Part shown: one piece after another, positions 12,303 through 23,441 of the stretch
Position numbering within the stretch: position 1 is the first letter of the stretch
Layout of the letters: each line of letters starts with the position of its first letter
Source of the DNA: Perkinsela sp. CCAP 1560/9
Lineage: Eukaryota > Protista > Euglenozoa: Kinetoplastea
Assembly: GCA_965644495.1 (NCBI GenBank)
Contig: CBFFSA010000019.1
Location: 1 to 64,000, forward strand
Direction of reading: 5' to 3'
DNA length: 64,000 bases
Program-made: the position numbers and the translations under genes
Notes under the pieces: model-generated
What the model was told of the DNA's origin: nothing
Database searches by the model: none
The model's input: only the letters and a program-made list of their open reading frames with translations

Positions 12303-13127
12303 TTATAGCTCGTCCCATCTCCAGAAAAGTACCTTGATTCCCGGTGTTTGTCTTGCCAGAATGATCCACTTGCGAAATATCCCATTGAAGTTTCTTTTTT
12401 GCTGTTTCACAAAGGTACGGTCTTGAAAATATTGATTTGCTCGCAATCCAAACTCTGGAGCGTCGCGCAACTCACGAATAAGATCTCTCGTGCGGAATCC
12501 ATCATCATCGAATGTCCTAAACCAGGGATCATAGGTGAGGGGCTCGTATGGATCGAGTAAATTTGGATCAAGCATTATGGGGGTCGCACCCGCCCCAGTC
12601 ATCCCCTCATCGAAGCCTTGTACACCTCGTACGACATTTCCTGAAATGGTTGAATCAGGCAGTTGCGAAGACATTCCAGGAGGAATTGGAACTTGGGGTC
12701 CGGACATGCCTGCATTTACTCCACCTTGCACTGCAGAAATACCACCCTCGGAACCGGTTCGTGTCCGTAGATCATTGCGCAACTTCACCAGATGATATTC
12801 TAACTCGGGATGCGGGAATGGATACTCTTTTGTTGGCTCATCTTCCCACACCCCCCACAAATACAGGCCCTCCTTCCTCAACTTTACATCCACTACCTTC
12901 AGCGGCACGTCAGGCTCATCCTTGCGGCGATAGGTAGCCTGCACTCGCATACTCGGCTTCTCGCCAGGTTTCACCGGAAGGTTCTCCCTCACAACCGTAC
13001 ACAACTGCGTCAGATCATTCGGTGTGAGTGGCCCGGTAGGCGCGGGCTGCTCCGTCACAGGAGACGAACCTCTCGAACCTCGCGAGCTACGCGTAGAAGA
13101 AGTCATCGTTGCAAGTTCTGATTGCAA
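12303..13127 (-). CDS. Unknown 274-aa ORF, probably continuing by frameshift to ~11967; possible retroelement ORF1
   Basis: Long open frame with protein-like composition, antisense to the host genes. No family recognised. Confidence 0.4.
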   Translation of the reverse strand: MQSELATMTSSTRSSRGSRGSSPVTEQPAPTGPLTPNDLTQLCTVVRENLPVKPGEKPSMRVQATYRRKDEPDVPLKVVDVKLRKEGLYLWGVWEDEPTKEYPFPHPELEYHLVKLRNDLRTRTGSEGGISAVQGGVNAGMSGPQVPIPPGMSSQLPDSTISGNVVRGVQGFDEGMTGAGATPIMLDPNLLDPYEPLTYDPWFRTFDDDGFRTRDLIRELRDAPEFGLRANQYFQDRTFVKQQKRNFNGIFRKWIILARQTPGIKVLFWRWDEL

Positions 13128-13187
13128 CTTTCGCGAATAGTCAAAACTTCCTTTCGCGAATAGTCAATAAGAAAACACGCAACAAGG

Positions 13188-14311
13188 TACCCCCCCCTAC
13201 TTATGCGCAACCGTTTGACCCGGCCACTTAGGCGCAATTTTGACGCATCGTTCAGAAGAACAGCGCCGCAAAGCGGCGCGATATTTTTTTTTGTGGTACG
13301 AATTTTTGTACCAATTTTCGCCGCTGTTGAAATGGAGAGTCTGCAGGTAGTCCCTTTGGGCGTTCAAAAATGATCATCGATCTCCAGCGATCTCCTCTGA
13401 TCCACACTGACCTCCACCGATCTGTACGGCTAGTCTTTGCATACTATACTGTACTGTACATCAGAGGAACTCTCCTGCCACGTACTGTACGCTTTTGAAA
13501 TGATCAGCGCACCAGCGTGCGGCACCGCCTAGATGTGAGGCGGGTAAAGATAACGTGGGTAACTGCACTACAAGTGCATGAAAAATTAAACTTTAATTTA
13601 TATTTCGGACCCATGCTCTTAAAAGTCCGTTCTTTTCCTACAATTGATCGGGTGCTCGCAAAAAAGCCACTCACCCCGTGATGTGGTCATTCGCGGGCAT
13701 AAGTAACCATACAAGTGAAGTACTGTACCTCCTCCCTAGTTATCTCTCACACGTCACCCCCCTAGTTATCTGCCACTTTTCGGTCCTTCAATTTTTTTTT
13801 CGTCAATTACTCCCCCTAGTTATCTGTCACTTTCATAGCTATTGTTTTCCAAAAAAAACTTAAAACGAAATTTATCCCCCTACTTATTTGTCACCTTTCC
13901 ACGAAAAGTTGTGACAGATAACTAGTGGGGTTTATTAGCGTTCCTATTGGGGTTCATTAGCGTTGCTTTCTAGACTCTTTCTTGCTGCGAAGCTATGGTA
14001 AAAATGTACCCTAAACAGCGATTTTTTTGAAAATCTTCCTCAGTAATCCCACAACATCGGCTTAGCAATTCTTCGGCCCCAGTTTTTGCCCCCCCCCTCC
14101 TAGCGTTGCATTTCATCCCAGCAAGGGCACGCTAGGATAGGGGGGATATTATATAAAGCAGCCCCCAAGGGCACCCCGCGTATATAACTCATGATTGAAG
14201 CACGCACCGCGAAGCGGCGCGAAATTTTTTTTTCACCTCTTTTTTTGACCCGGCTACTTATGCGCAATTTTAGGCCAAAACCTGGTTGCGCTTAAGTGGG
14301 GGGGGACAGTA
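13188..14311. mobile_element. Nested pogo/Tc1-type MITE cluster
   Basis: Outer ends CCCCCCCTACTTATGCGCAACC / GGTTGCGCTTAAGTGGGGGGG. Internal ends from other families (CCCCTAGTTATCTG; CCTAGCGTTGC...GCTAGGATAGGGGGG) also occur at 23075-23192 and 51672-52372. Confidence 0.6.
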
Positions 14312-15568
14312 CAGGTTTACCTCGGAATGAAGAAACGCTAGGATTGGTCGCTCTGAAACGAGCCAAGCAATTAGCTCTTAGTCATCAGTATCTGTGCCTC
14401 GAAGCATTTCTTGTCTCCTATACCAGGGCTCGATACTAGCCGAGCGGCGCTTATGTTTTTCTTGCCTATCATCACATCACAGTAAGGTACAATCATTTAC
14501 TCTTCTGCCATAACATCATACATTGTGTATGGCATTACACATCATTACCTACATGGTATCATACATTTGGTATAGCATACATACATTGGTAGCGCATCAT
14601 ACAGTAGTACAAACAGTAGTATACTGTACATACTGTAGCGTATCTGTAGTATACTGTATAGTAGTCAACATGTGCCAACGAGGCTATCCAATGCTGGTCG
14701 TGTATCGCATGGTGATGGACACGATCCCGTGAGGATACCCCTACGACCATTGATGCTCTCCGTCTAAGTGCTGGTCGTAATCTGTAAACTACATGTGATC
14801 CATAATTCTTGTCTCTTATTCCAGAGCTCGATCCTGCGCCTTGTCGTGGCGCTCTGGCTTAACACCCGCAAGAGTTAACCAAGACATGTAGAAACACATT
14901 TGAACATTTGAAACACATTTGAAAAATGTGTAATGGGGTAATAAGGGAAATAAAATTGAAATAAATCGCAACAAAATCTGCGCCGCTTCGCGGCTCCTGT
15001 TTTCTCCTACTGACAAATAAGTAGGCGGTGTAAAATTACTACCTTCTCTGAGAACTGACAAATAAGTAGTGCTTTGTCTTAGTAGGCAGAGCAGTACCTT
15101 GAACTAGCACTTGTACTTTAACACCATGCAACGTGTCGTACGCGCGGTTGATGTCCCCTCTCGACCCAGTAAGGTACGAAACGCGGTCCTCCCACAAGAA
15201 TACAATATGTTTCGACTACTGAGTAACGCCAGTTTCGCTGAGGAGTCATGGACCGAGAAAACGCCTGCTTGTGTGTGGAAGCATGTGGAGTGTAACGATG
15301 AGGGAGAAGTGACAAAGACACAATGGACCAGATACGAAAGGGTATACGTGTATATACAGGAAGAGAAGAGAGTCTCTCTAAAAGGTGCACTGCGATTGAT
15401 TTTCCTACCCGACACATTGACCTCCTTCGATGCTTCCTTGCAAGAGGTTTTGGAGGGGCACGTAGACTTGGCGGTTCTACCGGCAGGATTGAAAACGTTT
15501 GACATTCGTTCGAATCAGTTCAGCGGAGGTTTGGATTTAACCCATTTGCCGTCTACTCTGGAAGATTT

Positions 15569-16364
15569 TCTTTAACGATAAAGATACAGTTTCTGTACCT
15601 TGTTGGTACATTTTGCTAGCCCTTCCTTTCTTTTCCCGGAAACGGGCATATTCTTACTTTTAAATGCCCGTTTCCGGCTGACGGCTAGCTGGAACTGTTC
15701 CTCTTTGTCGCGGAAGTAGGGGACGCACTTCGCACTCTTCACCCCTCCCCGGCTCGCTCTCTTCGAGTGAGCTTTCTTCCCTCCCCGGCTCTCTCCTTCT
15801 CGTGCTTTCTTCTCCCGGGAGCTATGGCCTCCCTTGAGGACCACTGGGCGTGCTACAGCGGGAGGACACGTTGTATGCGTGTATAGGGGATGCGAACTTG
15901 CACCCCTCTCTCCCTACATGCTGTAGCGAGTGCGGCGGTAACGGACCTCCCCATGATGCATCATGATCCACGATAGACCATCTGACAGCATGAACCCACG
16001 GCTTGACCGTGTTGCAGCATGAACCATGGCTATACGTGCTGTAGCATGACCGATGGTCACGGTGGCCTCCCTTGAGGACCACTAGGCGTGTCCTCCGCCG
16101 ACGAGACTCCCGGCTCTCCGCACCTGGGGGTCGCCCAGCTCTCTACACCCGGATTGCCCCCGAAACTGTAATATGGGGATTACGCATCCGGCTCTCTGCA
16201 CCTGCACATGACAACCGAGCTCTCTGCACCTGAGACCCCAGCTCTCTGCACCCGCACACCTCCGGCGAGGGCGAACCCTCACTTGATCCACCCGTCGCAT
16301 GCGGGCACGGACTTTGTGAGCATAATCTCTGCACTATAAGTGCATGAACGAACAATGTGCATTG
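15569..16364 (+). mobile_element. SL-headed structured non-coding element, unit 1
   Basis: Begins TAACGATAAAGATACAGTTTCTGTACCTTGTTG|GTAC (euglenozoan SL-like exon plus donor GT). Contains multiple hairpins and GCTCTCTGCACC repeats, and ends in a GCACTATAAGTGC hairpin. Confidence 0.75.
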
Positions 16365-16944
16365 AAAAGATGCAGTTTCTGTACCTTGTTGGTACTTTTT
16401 CCTTAGTTAATCCTTTCTTTCCCCGGCAACGGGCATACTCTTACTGTATTTTTATGCCCGTTGCCGGCCGGCACTAAGGTCGGAACTGTCTCTCTTGTCG
16501 CTGAAGCAGGGGACGCGCTTTCACCCCTTCACCCCTCCCCGACTCACTCCCCTGGAGTGAGTGTGCTTCCCCCTCTCGGCTTTTTTTCGACTTGTCTTTT
16601 TCCTCTCCGAGAGGGCCATGCGTCACGGTGGCCTCCCTTGAGGACCACTAGGCGTGTCCGCCGCCGACGAGACTCGGTTCTCCGCACCTGGGGGTCGCCC
16701 AGCTCTCTGCACCTCGGCTCTGTCGCAGCTCTCTGCACCCGGATTGCCCCCGAAACTGTAATATGGGGATTACGCATCCGGCTCTCTGCACTGCACATGA
16801 TAACCGAGCTCTCTGCACCTGGGACGCCAGCTCTCCGCACCCGCACACCTCCGGCGAGGACGAAACCTCACATGATCCACCCGTCGTATGCGGGATAAGG
16901 ACATGGTGAGTAAATCTCTGCACTATAAGTGCATGATAAAACAC
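16365..16944 (+). mobile_element. SL-headed structured non-coding element, unit 2
   Basis: Starts AAAAGATGCAGTTTCTGTACCTTGTTG|GTAC. A diverged tandem homolog of unit 1 with compensatory stem changes. Confidence 0.75.
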
Positions 16945-17678
16945 ACCTTGGTCACAATAGTCTGTGCGGAAAACCTGATCTCACCAAGCTCCCGGAAGAG
17001 CTAACATGGGCCATGCTCCTTCACAACCTTTTCGTCATACCTGACTTTATTCCGGAAGGTGTTCGCATCAAGCCATATGTGAGAAAATAGCATCCACCCT
17101 GTAGATATAACCCATGCAGTCTGAAGAACCGACGTAAAAACATTTTTATATAAAATGCGGTACTTGGAGTAGGTAGACTGAAGTATTAAAGGAGTACTTC
17201 AGTAGTAAAACTACCACTCTATTTTAGAATACGACTTAATAAAATTTTCTACTGCGAAATATTACGGAGTATAACACTAGAATCTACAGTGGTGATCAGC
17301 ATCTTTTACCCCCCCCCGTACACGTCTTTTATTTTGTCCGATTTCGACCCAATCGTTCCGAATCCGAGTTTCTTTTCACTCGAGCGACCCCCTACCCCCC
17401 TTAGCCAGGTACGAGTCAAAAACGCTAATTACTGTAGCCCCCCGTTTGTAATGGCCTCGATTTTGCCCAAATGAACCTATAAGGGGGTGAGGGGGGGAGC
17501 GATGGAAGATTAAAAGTTGGCACAGAAAGTGTCCTACATTTTGGAGCGAGAATCCAGGAATTATTCAACCGCTAAGTGGTCCTTGGAGGTCTGCCAAAGT
17601 AAAATGTACAGCACCACCCCGCGCCATACCTCGCAGAACCATGTGAAAATATCAAAATATTCAATACGGTGCAAGAAA

Positions 17679-18420
17679 ACCCCAGGCATAAAGGGGCGGG
17701 GGAGATACGAAGCATCAGGTGTAGCAGATTCCTACTGAAAAGAAATCGTGTCTCTCTGCACAATAAAATACGCTTGCTTGGAGTCAAAGGCGTACAGAGA
17801 GATAGGATTTCTTTTCAGTAGGAATCTGCTACACCTATTGCTTCGTATCTCCCTCGCCCCTTTATGCCTGGGTTCTATAAACCCACGAAAAAGTGGTCAG
17901 CTGGCCACCACCTGAAAAAGTGGTCGGCAGGCCACCCGCTGAAAAAGTGGTCAGATCCTCACTCCTCTAGGGGGTGGTCAGCAGGCCACGTTTTTAGGAG
18001 TTGAAGATTCATCTTACACATACGAAATGCAAACCGTCTTTTCGGTGGTCAGCTGACCATTTTTTCGTCAGGCGGCCAGCTGGCCAACTTTTCCACAAGG
18101 TGGCCAGCTGGCCAACTTCTTCAGAAGGTGGCCAGCTGGCCATTTTTTCACGGGTTTGTCAGTTGGCCATAAAAAATAGTGCTTCTTTTTCGTTCATTCG
18201 TTATGGCCCCGGCCGCTGAAGCACGTTTTGAAGAAACGAATAGGCCTCGAACATATTTTAGGAGCTGAAAAGAGTTCCCCAAACTTTGAAACAGTTGTAC
18301 TTTATGAAATTGGGGATGATAATGAATCATCTTTGCGATTTTTTGTTCCACGCTCGCACGCTTGCCGCGTTCCAAGTCACGATTTTAGTAAACAGGTTCT
18401 AAAAACTGCGTACTCAACTT
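17679..18420. mobile_element. Foldback hairpin (~75-bp arms, 17679-17875) plus GTGGCCAGCTGGCC-repeat element
   Basis: CCCAGGCATAAAGGGGCG...CGCCCCTTTATGCCTGGG. Homologous to 22280-22805 and 56471-56692. Confidence 0.7.
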
Positions 18421-18618
18421 GATTTTTTTTATTTTTGATGCAATACTGAGATTCTGTAATGAAAAATACCTGTGCTTTTAAACTTTTACAGGGTACAGTA
18501 TAACTTTTTGGGGGGTCAGACAGTAAAGTAGGTCAGAGGACGTGGAAAAATAGTGTAAAGTAATCTCTAGTATTTCATATTAGTAATCTCTAGTATTTCA
18601 TATGCCCTTTGGCCTACT

Positions 18619-19075
18619 TCACCAAAAGTAACCGCTTACGATAGTTCCGGAAGATATTCTTAAATGTTTCCGGTTGATCTTCTGAAAAAAACGGAAAGTT
18701 TCAATGATGGACTCCCGAAGTTGAGTCTGATTTCGGGGTTTCAGCACATCCTTTATGCGGCGAGACATTGCTGTCCACGCCATTTCAACGGGATTTAAAT
18801 CAGGGGAGAGAGGGAGCAAGTCAAGACGACGTTTCAGATACTTTTTTTATCAATCGAATGGGTGGGGGCGTTGTCCATTCGAAGGATGGCCTTCCGGTGC
18901 GAATATTACTTGTCTCGGAAACATTGTTGGGTATACCAGTGCTTCAAGCTGCGCTGTTTCTTCTTTCCGAGGACCCCTTATATAGTACGACGCATGCATA
19001 GTACGACGCATGCATGTGTGTGAAATATGGTTTCTCACTCAAGGTTGAGAAACCCCACATTGCACGCCAAACAAA
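18619..19075 (-). mobile_element. Tc1/IS630 transposase remnant
   Basis: MDNAPTH and LPLSPDLNPVEMAW occur in different frames. Confidence 0.8.
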
Positions 19076-19286
19076 GCACGGTACAAGTTGTTTACCACGT
19101 GAACTGCATGTAACAAAATGATTTTTAAATCCAAATTACGTGCAAAGAGGTTTTAGATTTTAAGAGTAGTATTTATCTCAATAATGTGCAATAGGGTAAT
19201 AAGCAAAATAAAAGGGTTAGGCGATGATAGTACTTTATCTTAGTAGGCAGAGCAGTACTTTGAACTAACACTCGCACTTCAACACC

Positions 19287-20003
19287 ATGCAACGTGCCGT
19301 GCGCGCGGTTGATGTCCCCTCTCGACCCAGTAAGGTACGAAACGCGGTTCTCCCACAAGAATACAATATGTTTCGACTACTGAGTAACGCCAGTTTCGCT
19401 GAGGAGTCATGGACCGAGAAAACGCCCGCTTGTGTGTGGAAGCATGTGGAGTGTAACGATGAGGGAGAGGTGACAAAGATACAATGGCGCAAATACTTAA
19501 GCGCATATACAAAGGAAGAGGAGAGAGTCTCTCTAAAAGGTTCACTGCGATGGAATTTCCTACCCGACACATTGATCTCCGTCGATGTTTCCTTGCAGGA
19601 GGTTTTGGAGGGGCATGTAGACTTGGCGGTACTACCAGCAGGACTGAAAAAGTTTGACATTCGTACGAATCAGTTCAGCGGAGGTTTGGACTTAACGCAT
19701 TTGCCGTCTACTCTGGAAGATTTGAGTTTGGGATCCAATCGTTTTGAAGGTGAAATTGACCTTACACGCCTCCCCGATACTTTGAAAAGGCTCGACCTTG
19801 GTCATAATAGTCTTCGCGGAAAACCTGATCTCACCAAGCTCCCGGAAGCGCTAACATGGGCCATGCTCCTTCACAACCTTTTCGTCATACCTGACTTTAT
19901 TCCGGAAGGTGTTCACATCGAGCCATATGTGAGAAAGAAACATCCACCCTGTGGATATAACCCGTACAGTCTGAAGAACCGACATAAAAACATTTTTAAA
20001 TAA
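19287..20003 (+). CDS. LRR protein (subfamily 1), intact, 238 aa
   Basis: SKVRNAVLPQE leader, W...C.W..V.C N-cap, and 24-aa LxxLxLxxNxFxGxLDLxxLP repeats. Confidence 0.92.
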   Translation: MQRAVRAVDVPSRPSKVRNAVLPQEYNMFRLLSNASFAEESWTEKTPACVWKHVECNDEGEVTKIQWRKYLSAYTKEEERVSLKGSLRWNFLPDTLISVDVSLQEVLEGHVDLAVLPAGLKKFDIRTNQFSGGLDLTHLPSTLEDLSLGSNRFEGEIDLTRLPDTLKRLDLGHNSLRGKPDLTKLPEALTWAMLLHNLFVIPDFIPEGVHIEPYVRKKHPPCGYNPYSLKNRHKNIFK

Positions 20004-20699
20004 AATGCGGTACTTGGAGTAGGTAGACTGAAGTAGTACTTAATAAACATTTCTCTTGTAAAATGTTACGGAGTATAACACTAGAATCTAGTTTTCTTTG
20101 ATTTTTATATGATTTACGTGTTAGAGTCGAATATCAATCTATGAATAGGTTTAATGGAGTTAAAACTATTCAACACAGTTAAAAGATGTCACAGAGTCTG
20201 TCTGTAAGAATTTTGCATAGCCAATACACGCAACGCTAGATTCTTTCTAGCACTATACATTGTAATATATATTTTTTGGGTTCACCGGCACTATAAATGT
20301 AAATTGAAAGCAAAACAAATCGTAAAACCAATTTGGTCCAAAGGATAATTGATTTTGGTCAAAAAAAGTTGAAAAAGAATTAATAATTTCTTTTTTTTTT
20401 AATTTCTAACAGTTGCCTCAAGAATACGACCCGTTGCCCCTGGAAACTACACCCATAGACCGTGGATTATTTCGCTTTAGGTGGAATTTTGGAAAAGCAC
20501 GGAAACTTGGTTCAATCTTGTGGGCTTAAAACAGTAAACCTCAATTTTTTTGTGGAACTAAAGTTTTTACTAGCGCGCCACAACCACATAAATTAACGTA
20601 ACTTTAATTAACGTAGCATTAATTAACGTAAACACTTTTTTCTCCCAGAAATTACGTTAAATAATGTTATTCTTAATTAAAGTTTAACCGATATCCTAA

Positions 20700-21576
20700 C
20701 TTTACCAAGTCAACTGGAGAAAATTGGCATTTTTCCAATACTGAATGAGTTTCATCCACTTGTAGCTCCCGCATTAGCACAACTTATTGATGCTTACACC
20801 GATTACCTCGGCGACCGTCTGGACAAGTACACTTGCAACCTTGTAGACCAATGTTCACAGTGCAATAACACTAAGTTTCACCTTTAACCTCATAGTTGTG
20901 GTCACCATTTTCATCTACCTCATACCTACGAATGTTCAGCTACGACCCTACCTAAGCATGTAGGTACAGGACCTCTTTGTATCTCTGATTCGCCAACAGA
21001 GTCACTCGCACTAGACTACATTTCTCGTCAATATGTTCGGTCGGTGTAGAGACACGAAGGATGCGTGAAAAATCAACCCAGCTGACAGAAATTTTCCTCT
21101 TCGAGATGGAACGGGGTCTGCTAAACGAAGTATAAAGGGCGGGGGTCCGACACGCGAAGTATAAGGGGGGAGTCATAGCATTCGTAAATCCTCTTAGTTT
21201 TCGGGATAGCTTCTCTAAATGTCTACACGCATACGGTCCGATGCCTCCCCTCGTCCTAATCATACCTGCCACAGGCCTCCAGACAAGGGATGTACCGGTC
21301 TGACGCCTGAAAATTGCAGCTTCAAAAATATAGCTTTTGAAGTTTTTGAAGTACTTGTAGAATTCGGTGGCGTGTTGGCTCACGTTTTCTGCCCATACTT
21401 CTCATCAAATAACAAAGAACACTAACCTCATCGTACTTCTCCAAAAAACACGAAGCAAATCGTTCTCCCGTCGTTTCCGTTCTCCTTCTTGGCTCTTCTG
21501 AAGTGGTACTTTCACCTTCTTCGACAGCGTTTTCCGCTAAAAGCTTTAGAGTGATCTTCAGGATAATGGCAGTCAA
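20700..21576 (-). pseudogene. SWIM zinc-finger protein or MULE-related remnant
   Basis: The frame continuing from ORF 20952-21383 reads TVNIGLQGCKCTCPDGRRGNRCKH (CxC...CxH). Several stops are present. Confidence 0.55.
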
Positions 21577-21723
21577 TAACCACCGTACTAGTCGCTTCGT
21601 TAAACGCAGTGATTTGTTTGAAATGTAAACAAAATTTTAAATACAAATCGTCAATATTATTTACATTTAGCGAGCAGTGCTTTGGAGAGTAGTACTTTGA
21701 ACTAACACTCGTATTTCAACACA

Positions 21724-22236
21724 ATGCAACGTGCCGTACGCGTGGCCGATGTCCCCTCTCGACCCGGTAAGGTGCGAAACGCAGTTCTCCCACAAGAATA
21801 CAATATGTTTCGACTACTGAGTAACGCCAGTTTCGCTGAGGAATCATGGAACGAGAAAACGCCTGCTTGTGTGTGGAAGCATGTGGAGTGTAACAATGAG
21901 GGAGAGGTGACAAAGAAACAATGGACCAGATACGAAACAGTATACGTGTGTATACAGGAAGAGGAGAGAGTCTCTCTAAAAGGTTCACTGCGATGGAATT
22001 TCCCGCCCGATACGTTGATCTCCTTCGATGCTTCCTTGCAAGAGGTTTTGGAGGGGCACGTAGACTTGGCGGTTCTACCGGCAGGATTGAAAAAGTTTGA
22101 TATTCGTTCGAAACATACTCTATACCCCCCTATACCTTCCCCCTGGAACCCCCGGGATCCCCCACCCGGGTCCAGCGAACTCCATAGCCGAAAAAACGCC
22201 AAGTACTGTATGCCATTGGTTTCTTTTGGGACCTGA
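21724..22236 (+). pseudogene. LRR protein (subfamily 1), truncated at ~22110 by repeat DNA
   Basis: Aligns to the 19287 paralog up to KFDIRS, then reads into unrelated MITE-like sequence. Confidence 0.88.
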
Positions 22237-22279
22237 CTGGGTTTGCCTCGGTTTGCATTTTACTGGTTTCAGTCCTCTT

Positions 22280-22805
22280 AGATATACAATTTCTTTTCAG
22301 TGGGAATTTGCTACACCTGTTGCTTCGTATCTCCCTCGCCCCTTTAAGCCTGGGTTCTATAAACCCACGAAACGTGATCAGCTGGCCACCCGCTGAAAAA
22401 ATGGCCAACTCGTCACCCCCTGAAAAAGTTGCCTGCTGATCATCCCCTGAAAACGTGGCCGGCTGACCATCCCCTTAAAAAAGTGGCCAACTCACCACCC
22501 GCTGAGAAAGTGGCCAGCTGGCCATTTTTTCACGGGGTTGTCAGTTGGCCATAAAAAATAGTACTTCTTTTTCGTTCATTCGTTATGGCCCCGGCCACTG
22601 AAGCACGTTTTGAAGAACCAAATAGTTCGCGAACTTAGTTTAGGAGCTGAAAAAGATTCCCCAAATTTTGAAACAGTTGTAGTTTATGAAATTGGGGATG
22701 ATAATGAATCGTCTTTGCGATTTTTTATTCCACGCCCGCACACTTGAGCGAGCCGCGTTCCGAGTCACGATTTTAGTAAACAGGTTCTAAAAACTGCGTA
22801 CTCAC
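22280..22805. repeat. Second copy of the foldback-arm / GTGGCCAGCTGG element
   Basis: Colinear with 17800-18420. Confidence 0.75.
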
Positions 22806-23441
22806 TACGGGGATAGTGAGTACTCACTACTCACTGAGACTGGGTAGTGATACTCCTAGCATGGGGATTATGAAAAAAAAAATATTGCAGCTGTGATTTA
22901 ATCTTAAGATTTTCTTTAGTTTCTATTAGCACTGTTTCGGAAATGATTAAGAAGGCAATACGTCTCTTCTGAGGCAAATTAACCCAGTATCTTCTCAACA
23001 AGAACGTAAGCGCATTCACACCCCTCACCCCACTCCTTACCACACTCCACAGCATCCTCGTCCAACAATTATTGGGCCCCTGGTTTTTACCCCCCCCTCC
23101 TAGCGTTGCTTTTCACCAAAACCAGTCAACGCTAGGATAGGGGGGGAGAGTAAGTGGGGGGGACTATGACAAATAAGTGGGAGGCACAGTACTTAGAAAT
23201 GCATTTAGAAGTACATTAAAAGTGTATTCAAAAAAATATTTGTTTTGCGCTATTTAGGTACTAATCCTCCCAAAAGACAATGAGTAACCACTGTGTGCAC
23301 TATTCGAAGCCAAAACTGGATTTATTCGAAAATTCATTAAACGTCGATAAATACCCATCCATCTGCTGCCTACATTTATGGTTCACATTCGACTAAAAGA
23401 GTCCCATTTTTCCTCTACCTCTCTTTCTCTTCTACCCCCCC

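Larger units (their letters stand above)
15126..17153 (+). pseudogene. LRR protein (subfamily 1) split by SL-headed insertion
   Basis: 15126-15568 and 16945-17153 align to the intact paralog 19287-20003. The insert spans 15569-16944, and there is a premature TAG near 17088. Confidence 0.92.

Noticed and set aside
14340-14405. Hammerhead ribozyme (CTGATGA on the minus strand)
   Set aside because: The required GAAA lies on the opposite strand, so the core cannot form.
15573-15720. Call as a bona fide SL RNA gene
   Set aside because: The exons appear 5'-truncated, the units are diverged, no clear terminator T-tract follows, and they sit inside an LRR CDS. Not fully excluded without the real SL locus.
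16110-16260. GCTCTCTGCACC repeats with spacers as a CRISPR-like array
   Set aside because: The repeat is only ~12 nt, spacing is irregular, and the spacers are shared between the two units.
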